Shown in pieces: positions 49,523 through 60,900 of a DNA stretch of 64,000 nt (position 1 is its first letter; the number at the start of each line of letters is the position of its first letter). The translations under genes and the position numbers were made by a program. Source of the DNA: Tubulanus polymorphus (Eukaryota > Animalia > Nemertea); the NCBI RefSeq assembly GCF_964204645.1, contig NC_134030.1, forward strand, positions 9,265,222 to 9,329,221, given 5' to 3'. The notes beneath the pieces are model-generated. The model saw only the letters and a list, made by a program, of their open reading frames with translations. It was not told the DNA's origin and did no database searches.

Positions 49523-50698
49523 TTATACAAAATTTGCAAAATCTGGATCGGCCCCGGTCAAATCTGCTACCTCTTCGTTAGCATCGATAAAGTCGTTGTC
49601 GCGGACCATTTCTTGGATTCTAACCCTGTGATAATGGTCTGATTTATCGTATAGTATATGATGGTGAAAGCTCCTTGCCAGGCAGTTTGTCGGTAATTCG
49701 TCACCGTTCTTGAATTTCGCACTAGCCAGCTCGGCGCATTGTTTCGCTTTCGGCGTACCTTTCACGCCGGGGTTTTTGCAGAGATGACGTAAAATCTCGG
49801 ATTTCGAATCGTCGAAAGTCGGCGCGAACATCTCGTGCGATGTGAGGTATATCGCGTCGCAGACGGAGCCGAAATGTTGCTTTTGATTTGCGTCGTTGAC
49901 TACGGTATAATCACGAATTACCTCCTCCAACATGAACGAGCCGGTTTTCCCCAAAACGTCGTTATCGTCCGTATTATGCGAATATTTGGGCAGTTTTTCG
50001 ATGACCTGTTTGAAAAACGTGTGATTAGGACTCGACATCATGACCGCGTTGGTCGGCGTTTTATCGCGATTCCATAGCACGTACGTGTGCGCCGGGTGAT
50101 CTTTCGATATAACGGTCGTGTGAGCGCCGAACAGTTTATCCCACGAAACGACCGGCGCGACGTCCATATCGGCAAAAATACCGCCGAACGCGTATAGAAT
50201 GAAATATCGTATAACGTTGATTCGGTGACTATCCAACGGGTAGCTGGCGTACAACTCGTGGTATTTGGGGAACCGTTTCATCATGAATTCTTCAGCGATA
50301 GCTTCGGTCCAGAACCAATATTCCCATTCGTCGTTGATCTGCATCCATTTAGTTATTTGAGGCTTGAAACCGATCGGCACCATATTATCCTTCCACACTT
50401 GATGCATACGCTTCGGAACGGGTTTACATCTTCTAGCTAAGTGCAGGCTTTCGAGTTCCCGGGCGGATTCTACCCCGTACACGATCGGCACGAAGACGGC
50501 TTTTTCTTCGACAGTTTTCGGCTTTAGTCGAGCGGTTTCGATGATATCGTTCGTAGGCGTCGGTGTATCTTTTTCGGCTAGATTGTCAATGATATACACG
50601 GTAGTTAGTATGATGAGAATAGTCGCGATTACTACGTCGGCAAACTTCCATAAACGACTGCGCCGTAGTCGGGTATATAGTTGGCGAACGGCGAGCAT
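49523..50698 (-). CDS. Type II membrane glycosyltransferase family 32 (DxD sugar-binding; SUR1/OCH1/A4GALT-type), 391 aa, single coding exon. Probable 5'-UTR intron 50722-51625
   Basis: Basic N-tail plus TM helix (VVIATILIILTTVYII); VPKRMHQVWK; WEYWFWTE; IRYFILYAFGGIFADMDV; NAVMMSSPNHTFF; KTGSFML. In-frame stop and a splice acceptor lie just upstream of the ATG. Confidence 0.9.
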   Translation of the reverse strand: MLAVRQLYTRLRRSRLWKFADVVIATILIILTTVYIIDNLAEKDTPTPTNDIIETARLKPKTVEEKAVFVPIVYGVESARELESLHLARRCKPVPKRMHQVWKDNMVPIGFKPQITKWMQINDEWEYWFWTEAIAEEFMMKRFPKYHELYASYPLDSHRINVIRYFILYAFGGIFADMDVAPVVSWDKLFGAHTTVISKDHPAHTYVLWNRDKTPTNAVMMSSPNHTFFKQVIEKLPKYSHNTDDNDVLGKTGSFMLEEVIRDYTVVNDANQKQHFGSVCDAIYLTSHEMFAPTFDDSKSEILRHLCKNPGVKGTPKAKQCAELASAKFKNGDELPTNCLARSFHHHILYDKSDHYHRVRIQEMVRDNDFIDANEEVADLTGADPDFANFV

Positions 50699-51710
50699 GG
50701 TCGGCGTTATGACGAATTATCCTGAATTTAGAAAAGAAAAATCACTAGTGACGTGTCATTCAGCAATGCAAATATAGGTTATTATTATTTTCATTAGGTT
50801 ATATTCCATTTCAAAATGCCCAAGATTTCACGATTTACGACGTAAATTTATGAAACTTGATTATCGTAGATATCCATCTGTACATATTCAGTTATTGAGT
50901 ACACAGAATGAGAACGGATTGCTAAATTTAGGAAGCTATTGTTTCATAGGCATGAAAAGGATGCAAACATGTGTATCATTTAGTTTAACCTTAGAGCAGT
51001 TATTGCGCTAAGGTTAAACGTATACACACATGAACCTGTGACATCAATAAGCCTTTTAGTAGTAGGCCTAAAACGTATTCTTATCATATCCTCATCTTCA
51101 ACGTCAAATTGACGAGTGCCGTTACATATACGGGGTTCTAATATTCACATTTTTCAAATTCATTGCACCGATATTGAAATTTATCGAATGAAATTAAGGA
51201 CCATGGTGGTCTATTTCAATAAACTCAAAACTTTAGTCTAAAATAAACTTTACATTACTGTATAGAGCAAATGTATATTATTAAGTAATGAACAATCATG
51301 GAAATGGTAATTCGAAAAAGAAAACTATTTTGATCAATGACACTGAACATTTTTCTTGACATGCGTTTATTTTACAGATATTCCATACGTTACTTACTTG
51401 TCTATGTATTTCGCTTAAATAACAATTGTATCGCCTGCGTATAATGCCCCCCAAATAACTCGCTTAGACGTGTCTCTAGCGTCTACTATACTGTAAGTTT
51501 GACCACCGCGAGTCCTGAACAGTCGAGCGAGCACAATGACCAAACGAGTAATTTTTAATTCTATTGATAACCGTTGTTACTTTGTATTCGTCGCATGGTA
51601 ATAAAAACAAACAACTGACACTTACGATTTGTTTCTCGTTTTGGATACCGATGAAGTTTAAAACCGTCTAGAGACAGTTCGTAGAGGAGCCGTGTCAATC
51701 GGGTTTAGAA

Positions 51711-51880
51711 TAAATAACGAGACGAGTAGTGCTTTAAAGGTTTAACTATTTATTTGACGCACCGTGAGCTTTCGCTACTAATGAATAGATAAACCTACTG
51801 TAAATTAGTAGCGAAAGCTCACGGTGCGTCAAATAGATAGTTAACCTATATAGTACTACTCGTTTAGTTATTTTGTTCAA
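51711..51880. repeat. Long hairpin/foldback element near the GT32 5' end
   Basis: Perfect ~31-bp arms atttgacgcaccgtgagctttcgctactaat / attagtagcgaaagctcacggtgcgtcaaat, extending imperfectly to ~70 bp per arm. Confidence 0.85.
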
Positions 51881-51901
51881 AGGGGTTGATTTTGATTATA
51901 A

Positions 51902-52066
51902 AGTGGAATCTCGTTAATACGGTGGGCAAAAGTGTAATCGTCGAGTTTAGCGGGTTTTTCGTATTATCCAAAGTTTGATTGTTATAAATACCTAAGCTGG
52001 GACATGCTGGAAATAATCGTAATAAACGGGTCCAGGTAGAATCGTATTAACGAGCGTTCAACTGTA
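51902..52066. mobile_element. Tc1/mariner(pogo)-like MITE; related degenerate elements at ~10093-10244, ~11529-11670, ~17023-17190 and ~59623-59805
   Basis: agtggaatctcgttaatacg ... cgtattaacgagcgttcaactgta inverted ends in a TA context. Confidence 0.55.
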
Positions 52067-54976
52067 GAGTATTTGTAGAGCGTATCGGTCCGAGCAAATT
52101 CTTCGTCATCATATCGAGACAATCATACGCGAATCATTCTGTTCAGCATTGGAATTAATGAGATTAAGTTACTGATCGAATTATACGATATCATTATGTC
52201 GGTATGATACGATCATCCATAATCCCGGGGTCTAATCGGCCTTCTTGTCTCATTTGTTCAAAATAGATAAAACCTATATAATAAGTTTGTTACTTCATAG
52301 CGAAATTTATCGAGGACACCCGCCCATCTAGAAAAGTTTAAGGGGCATAAACTGAGTTCCTACAGATCAGTCGACCCCAAGAACGACAGAAATCGTACAC
52401 GAACTGCGGTGTGATCTAGCGATTTCCCGGAGCCACCCTAAAGTAGATTTTCGGTAAGTAAGCGGATTTTCTCCGATAGATGGCCACATTGGCTAATTGC
52501 ACACTGTCTTGATTGGTACGCTGTACTGTAGTAGTACATCGAAGATCCCGACTGGGCACTGAAAATAAAGGCGGCCTTGAAGAGTTTCGTCTTTTCAGAA
52601 GTCAAGGGCCGAGGCCCGAAATTGTAAAAAATCTCCATGAAAAAATAAAAAGCACCTAAAAAGACGAGAAACCCTGAACCTAAAAAAATATCAAATCTAG
52701 AATGCCTGACACTACATGAAACCAAAGCACTATGCGCATTGATATAACAAGTAGTGGATACAGTGATTTCGGGCAATTCGGAACTCGTCGATAAAGATAA
52801 CTTCGTTCTTTCTTACAATCAATCCTTGATGATCGTAGATAATTCGACGAGAACCGCTGATTTCGGGTTGACTTCGACCTAGCCTGCGAACTATATATTC
52901 CGGCGCGGATGTAGTCGGCTTCATAATAGACGGTGATACGGTTTTGAGATGATGGCTGTAGTTGCAGCAGCAATCTAATATTAACATCGATCGAATTCTG
53001 GTCAGAATTCCGCCCCGGTTTTTCTGTTCTACACACCGGATGATATCGCGTGGATCTTTGTGTTGGTGCTCCAATCGAATCGGTGTTAACTGCATCATTT
53101 GTTTCACGCAAGCATTGTTTTAATTGTTAAGAATGTTGGTTGTTTTGTAAATTGTGAGCCAACAAACAACAAGCGAGAGAAGGTAATTATCTATTGATTG
53201 CCTATGACATGCTAAATATGGATAAAGCAAGCAAAGCTTTTAAAAAGTAATCTGTCTTTTCTGGAAAAGAAATCACTTGTTCTTGTTAAGATATGCGCCA
53301 ATGGGGCGTCACTATAAGGCCCCATTATTTAGTCCTATATAATTGAGCCTGTTTGTTAATAGGCGGCCGCAATTACTACTAAGGGGCACCAAACAGGACT
53401 CCGAGTGCTGCTCGCAAATTAGGAGCTAGGCCTATCACATCTATCTATCACACCTCGCCATTTGACGTTTTGGTCAGTAATTTTGTTTATAATCAATTTA
53501 TCTGTGAATATTAGAGCATCAATTAGTTCAGTAAGGAATTTGCATTGGGAAATAGATTATGAATTGGCATAAAATTTGTGAGTGTTTTCAGCTAGGCCTA
53601 TCAGTGATAGTTTTCCTAGCATGTAGTGCTGAAAAACGGCTTTTACAGCCCGTAACATGGCGCCACCTTCATAGATTTGCTATGCTTATGAATAGGTGAT
53701 GACGTCATAGCAACGTCTCTGCGCGTCCGTGGAGCGTTTTTTTTAGCATTACGCGAGCCGTTTGCTGAGCAAACTGGCGCTCATAAATGAAAAAAACAAC
53801 ATAAGTAAAAATCGTTATTTCTGAATGCAAAATCCTTACTGAACAAATTGATGCTTAACTTAGGTAGATCAACCGATTATTAACGAAATTACGGATTAAA
53901 ATGTCGCGCAGAGAGCATGTGTGACAGACAGTAGGTGGTGTTTGATGACCTCTACGATATTGGATGGATGATATCGGTGTCTGTCTAAAAATGAGAAAGA
54001 TACTGAATCATCTTCCATCCATTGTGACTAGCCCCTGTGTCCCCTAGGCAAGTCTGGTGCTGCTCAGAGATTTGTTTTTATAGGAATAGAGGTTTATGCC
54101 TGTTTCTTGCGACACGGCTGCAGATTTTAGTGCGTAATCGAAACAATTCCATTAAAGTAATTACATGATTGCCTTGTTGAGAATTGTGGCCAAATGTTTC
54201 TGATTTTTGTTCCCCAGTAAATAATTGATGCTAAAATAAAAATTTTTAGGAGGGGACACTGAAATGTTATAGCGCAGTTAACTTTGGAAATGCTTAATAT
54301 TTATATTTTTGATGATTTACAGCCACAATTCAAGAAACTATTGATCCTAATTGAATTGATTGTCGTAATAGAGATATTAAAAAACTTCTAGTTTGGGATA
54401 AAAATGTAGCTTCGTTTGACAATTAGGCCTCAAATCAAGTAAGAAAACAAACATAAAAGTGTTATACCTTGTGTTACCCTAAAACCTACAGAGGAATTTA
54501 CTATTACGCTTTCCAGTGATACCAAATCTATGCAAAAGGTTTTCGGATCAAACAAAACACTTTTAGAAGGATTTTGGATTTTATGTACCCCTCTATTTGA
54601 CAATGACAGAGTTCGATCTAACGAATTAAAGTCACTCGCCCATGGGGCAGGTATATCTGAAATTTAGCTTGCCCCCTCAAATATCAACTTGCCCTATATA
54701 GTCCGAAAAAAGCTTTGAGATAGAATTGCACTAGCCCGGCGGACAAATGATAATGCTAACCTACTTGCCCTAATGAAAATATACATACTTGTCCCGGGCA
54801 ATTGGACAAGTGCTCTTTTGATGCAATCGGATGAGTGAATCTTTTGAGGTCGATGCTCAAATTTTGTAAAAAAAAACTGGGCAGAACCACCCTATATACC
54901 GGCCTGCAGAATTGACTTAAATATCCACTGCCTTTGAATTTTAGATAATCAGACTCATTAACGAAACGATAATACG

Positions 54977-57900
54977 ATGGACAGCCACGACGGTAGCAAT
55001 CAGGGTCACGACATCGAAACGGCCAGCGATATGTCGTCGAGTTTGGATAGCGGGATGACATTGACGGTCGAAAGCACCGGGGATACAACGTTGAGACTCC
55101 GCCGAAATCCCGGCCGACCAAAATTCGACGAATCGCCTCCATCGCCGCCGCCTAAAAAGAAGAAGTAAGTAAAGAAATGAATTTCAATTTTTCATTATCA
55201 AACCTTTAGCACATCCCTTTCCCTTAGCTATTCTATCTGAATTGGGGATACAAATTTTAATTTTTAAGTTCAATAATCGCCTGCGACCAGTTTCATGAAA
55301 AGTCAAACTCAAGTTTTTGGCATCATTGCTATTGGCAGCTTCTGGTTTTCAAAAGGGTGCCAATTTAGTGTTTTGGGCCCAAAAATTTGTGATAGGAAGA
55401 ACACTGATCTAGACTCGGGTGCCTGACTTATTTGGTAGTTGTGCTCAGTATCTATATCCACTGATGTGAGTGCTTCATAATCAACAACACATGCAACTGA
55501 CTAAAACAAGCAAAATAACAGGTTTCTTGGGATACCCAGGAATATTTGCTAGATATCACTTCTCAGTTGGGGCCATCGATGTATGCGCTGCAGATCTAGA
55601 GATTGGCACAAGCCACGGGCGCAGAAACTCATTTTCACTAGATTTTTGATGTATGCCTGGATAAGTTCAGTTGTTAGTCCGATGTGCCCTAGGCTTAGTA
55701 GCTACCTTTGGTATTGTTTCTTAATAATAGGCCCTTTAATGAGAACATTTTTGTAGAAACAAAGATGTGTAACTAACAATTTTTAAGGATGTCCATTAAA
55801 GCTAGAACCCAAATTGACCAATTTCAGGCACAAAAAGCACAAGAAGCACAAAAAAGAGAAACGGGATCACGAAAAACCGGCCGTGTTGCCGACGGAGCCA
55901 GTCGCCAGTACGTCCAGTGCTAAAGACGAAACGACGAAAGACGAGGACGATTCGTTCGAGACGAATTTCGACGATTTTCTGGATACGATCACGGCCACGT
56001 GCACGACGGAGGCGCTACTTGAACGCGCTATGTCGGAGGATTCGACGAACCTGTCGGAACGCGAGGGGTAAGAAACAGGAGGTTTTTGGAGAAATTATCT
56101 ATAACTGATAAGGTCCAGCCTTTTGCACTCGGGGGGTCGGGGCTGGCACCATCTATTAGTCAGGCCACTAATTTGAGTGATAAAGGTGACATCCGAGCTT
56201 CAATTTATCCAGTGCCCAGGATCCATTTTCAGGCCCAGTACCCAATCACTTTTTGTTGGAAAGAGTGACACATCTGAACTGCAGTTCTTAGTTACTACTC
56301 AGTAAACGTGTCAGTTCATGTACCCAGTGCAGAGAGGAGAGATGGAGTAGTGTAATCTAAATGATAGCACAGGATTCATCTATCAGGCCATGACCAAAAC
56401 ATGCAATGGAGTGTTTTGTAGTTAAAAGCGTTTGATAATGAATCCGTAATATCTCATTTCAGGAGTGACAAGATCTGCGCGTTTTGTAATTGCGGCGACC
56501 GCAGTCTGCTTGGTCAGGGCGACATGACGCACTACGAACCGTCGCCCGGATTCAATCCGTTCAAAAAACAACAGAACAAAAATCGTCGGTCCAGCGACGA
56601 AGATAAACAGCCCGGCGTGAAGAAGAAAAACAATAAACAAAGGTATGAGAAATCAGATAGATCGGTGGTAGCAATCAGCTGTTAAACTTAAACCAACTTT
56701 ACGGTCAACTGGGCTCAGGCTCTAGATATGATTTGCGGTCATGCTTTTATTCATGTGACCGGTAAATGTAAGAAACATTTGTTCTTTCATGATATGTGTA
56801 TCTCGATCCTCCCTCGGCGGGGATTCAAACCCTGTCATAGCTTGGGTGCTCAGGTTTTCCACGATAAGACTTCTGGCGCCAATCGGATTGCCTGTTGTAT
56901 AATCGCCGACGCAACTTTCAGGCATAAACAGTTTATGCGTTTAACTATAAATCTATAGTTTTATTATGAATGGCAAAAGCTGGCCTAAAATAAAACAGGA
57001 TTTCTGATTGGCTAATAATGACACTATCTTAGCTGCACACCACTTGGGCTCGTGTGGCAGCGTCGATGCCATCAGGTTTGAATCCCTGCCGAGGAAGGAT
57101 GTAGAAAAATGAAATCGCATTTGAAATAATCTCTGTGACGTGGTTTTATGTGATTTTACTCGTCGTCTAGGGAACGCAGCAAATCGCCACGACGACAAGC
57201 AGGCGTCGACGACGAGGGTCGGCCGGTGTTGATCTCGGACGAGTTGAGCGTCGTCGGCTACGTCGAGGACGTCAACTTGTCGAAGGTATTCGAGCCGACC
57301 GGTCACGCGTGGGCGCATCATTGCTGTGCTGCCTGGTCGGAGGGAGTCATTCAGGCGGAAGACTATTCGTTGATGTTCGTCGATAAAGCTGTTTTTGCCG
57401 GATTATCGCAGGTAAAGTGACAAGCATCATTTCTTGAAAATCTGAATTATGTCTGAGTGATTTGATAGCATAAATTTCAAACTGAGCATTTTAGCCCAAT
57501 TATAATAATAATTTATTGAGCCTAAAATCCATATAAAATATGCTCATTGGCTTTACAATATAAAAACACAATTTAAACATAAAGATAGAAAAAACAATTT
57601 ACATCATTAGTTAAAAGCTTAAAAGCTTTAGTGAACAAATGGGTTTTAAGTTGCGATTTAAAAACATCAGTAGAAGGACTAAATTTAATTGCATCTGGTA
57701 AGGAGTTCCAAAGTAGTAAGGCAGAGTAAGAAAAGGCCCTGTGACCCGCAGAGACTAGATTGACACGAGGGATGGCTAGAAGTGATTGACTGTTTGATCT
57801 TAACACTCTAGAGGATGCATTGTATTGTACTAATGATTTCAAATATTGTGGGGCCTGACCATTCAAGGATTTATAAGTAAGAATCAAGATTTTAAATTGG

Positions 57901-60900
57901 ATGCGAATCCAATATCCAAAATATTTATGATCAGTGATAAAAACATTAGTTAGTAGTATAAGTGTGAAATTTTCGAGGTCGATTGAAATTAATGCGAACT
58001 GGAACTATTTGATTCTATGAGAAGAATTATTTTTTTCACTACAGATATAGAGTGAACGAACAAGTTTCTTTTTTTTTCTGATACAAAATATGCACGAACA
58101 TAGTACATTTTAAAATATGGCCGAATAAACCTCTGATTTGGGGATGTTCAAATAATCAATTCAGAAACAGAAATTGAAAAAAAAAATCTAGGTAAAACCT
58201 TCAAAACCTTCATCGGGGCTCATATTATTGTTTCAGAAATGTTCGTACTGTTGTAAGTTTGGTGCGACGATTAAGTGTCGTACGAGCAAATGTAACCGGA
58301 TCTACCATTACCCGTGTGCGTCGGCTAGCGGCTGCTTCCAGGACATCAAAACGCTGTGGTTACTGTGTCCTGATCATTCCGATCAGGCAGAGTCTTTATG
58401 TAAGTATTTTTGTATTTCAATGAATAGATTTTAGAACGTTTCGAATTTTCGATTGATTGTAGTTCATTTGCTAAAAACGAAAGAATAGTAATTACATCTG
58501 CAATAGTTAGTTATCTGTTACTTTTAACAGATCAGGGTCCAGTTTCATGCATAAGTATAACCTTAAAACAGTATATTTGCAATAGTTAGTAATCTGTTAC
58601 TTTTAACAGATCAGGGTCCAGCTTCATGCAGAAGTTGAAGCTTACAATGGTCGAATTGATGGCCTCTCTGAAAAACCAAACGCAGCTGAACCCAAAATTT
58701 TAGAAACTTGTATAATCCAGATTTGGACTTAAATGCACTTATTAGCTAAACTGGGTGAACTAGTTTATTAGCTTTGCCTTATTGAAGTATTTAGGTGGTA
58801 AGAAAAAAAGCGAGGCAATTGTCCTGAAACTGTTAGCGCACAAAGACATTCAGTGCATATATACCGCACAGCTATATATTGATAATGAGCTTTGCTAGTA
58901 CACTGTACCGTAGTGTATTGATATAATTAGTAGATAGAGAATATCTGTTAAATGATAATAATCCACGTCAAATAGGCCTTCAGTGAAATATAAGTAACTT
59001 ACAACATATCGCAGTATGCCCCTTTATACAACAAGAGCAATGGGGTGAACTTTTTCGAAATCTTCAAATTATCTTCATCACTTTAACGTTACAATTAGTC
59101 AGTATTGAAAGGGTTTTAAATGATTTATTCATACTCTGCAGGTAAAATGGAAGCGTTGTGCGTTGTATGCGATACCGCCGGCAACATCTCCGAACAACTG
59201 TTCTGTACGAGCTGCGGCCAGCACTACCACGGCAACTGCCTCGACCCGCCCGTCGAGGTGAACCCGGTCGTGCGCGCCGGCTGGCAGTGTCCCGAATGTA
59301 AAATCTGTCAGACTTGCCGACAGCCCGGCGACGACAATAAGATGCTCGTCTGCGACACGTGCGACAAAGGTTACCACACGTACTGCCTACGCCCGCCGAT
59401 GACAACGATCCCGAAGAATGGCTGGAAATGCAAGGTGCAGTTGTTTATTTCAATAATTCGTAGTTAAACAGGGTCCTTGCGAATTCCTTAAAGACTCCTT
59501 CTAAACTGAAAATGCTTTTAAAGGTGCTTGAAACTCATTTGATTTGAGCAAAATGCACAAAACTCCTTCAAAATCTCCTTCAATTCTTTGAGTAATAGGC
59601 AATTAGAAATGTTTGTAGTTGCACAGTAGACTACCCCTTAATTGGATCGGTACAGTTGGGACCAGGATTTTTTTCTTTACCCAATTAAGCAGTCATCTAA
59701 TCAGAAACGGAGGTTAGTAGTGTAACGGATACACTTGCTTACAAAAACCACCAAATTAACAGTTTACCAAGATAAACAGTAAGGATTTTAGAGGAGTCTA
59801 TAGTAATTGGGATATGGAAGTAATGCACAGACTTCCTCGAAATTTTAAATTTCCTCCTTCGGATAAAACTCCTAGAAGTCTCCTTATAACCAGGAATGAC
59901 TAATCTGTGGAGACCCTGTTGAGACTAAATTAACCCAGCGAGCTGTTTATGATAGATAGATAGATAGATTTATTGCTCACAAAATTTACAAATTTGCGAA
60001 GAGCAAAAGCCAGTTACAAGATACATTATTATACAAATAACATACAATGAAAATTGACAGTACATACAATTGATGGACATATATATGCAACAAGTGCATT
60101 ATCTGGCATTTATGCACTTAGGTATTAAAGTATCTTAAACATTTCTGTATATATGAAATGAGGTTTTTTAATTTCACGCCAGTTGTACAAAATAACTCTT
60201 TAGATTTATGCGATGTAGGATTGTTTATATAATATTGCTTGACATATTGATACCGATTGTGCAACATATTTTATCTGTAGAGTTGTCGATATTGCGGCGA
60301 CTGCGGCACGAAAGTACCGGGCACGAGTAACAGCGCGCGATGGCATCTCAACTATTCCGTCTGCGATGTCTGCTACCAACAACGTAACAAAGGCGCCACC
60401 TGTCCGCTGTGCGGGAAGGCATATCGTCATCTGCTCCAGTCGAAATCGATGCTGCACTGTCATCGGTGTCGCAAGTAAGTCTTGTTAAGATTGGTCCACT
60501 AGGTAACCGTCGTGCAAATTGTTAGTTATTTTCGAATTGTCATTTTTCAAACTTTTGTCGTAGGTACGTTCATCCGACCTGCGATCCAGGAGGGGCATAC
60601 GAACAACAAGCTAGTTATATTTGTCCCATCTGTATAGCCCACTGCCCGGTAAGTTACTTAATTTCCCTATTTCCGTCCTGTATTTCTAGTTTGCGGGCCT
60701 GCATTTGTACTGATCAGTGTGAAACTGCCACCAAATTGTTCGATATTTTCCATTTCCAAGTTCCGTTGCTTTATGATATTTATTAGTATAGCTCAACCAA
60801 AATTTTGTGAATTTTCCGGTAACTCGATAAATGATTTCATCCAAACTAAAACGTGTTCCAAAATTAACATGAGTCTGGGAATCGTTATCTTTATCGTGCA

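Noticed and set aside
52438-53111. Three overlapping minus-strand ORFs (112-143 aa)
   Set aside because: CpG-rich promoter or 5'-UTR region of KMT2C (CCAAT boxes at ~52488 and ~52511, possible donor at ~53183), with no protein motifs.
58495-58632. Direct tandem duplication (~80-bp period) in a KMT2C intron; similar small duplications at ~1446-1535 and degenerate repeats at ~9330-9515
   Set aside because: Ordinary local intronic duplications with no coding or structural signal.
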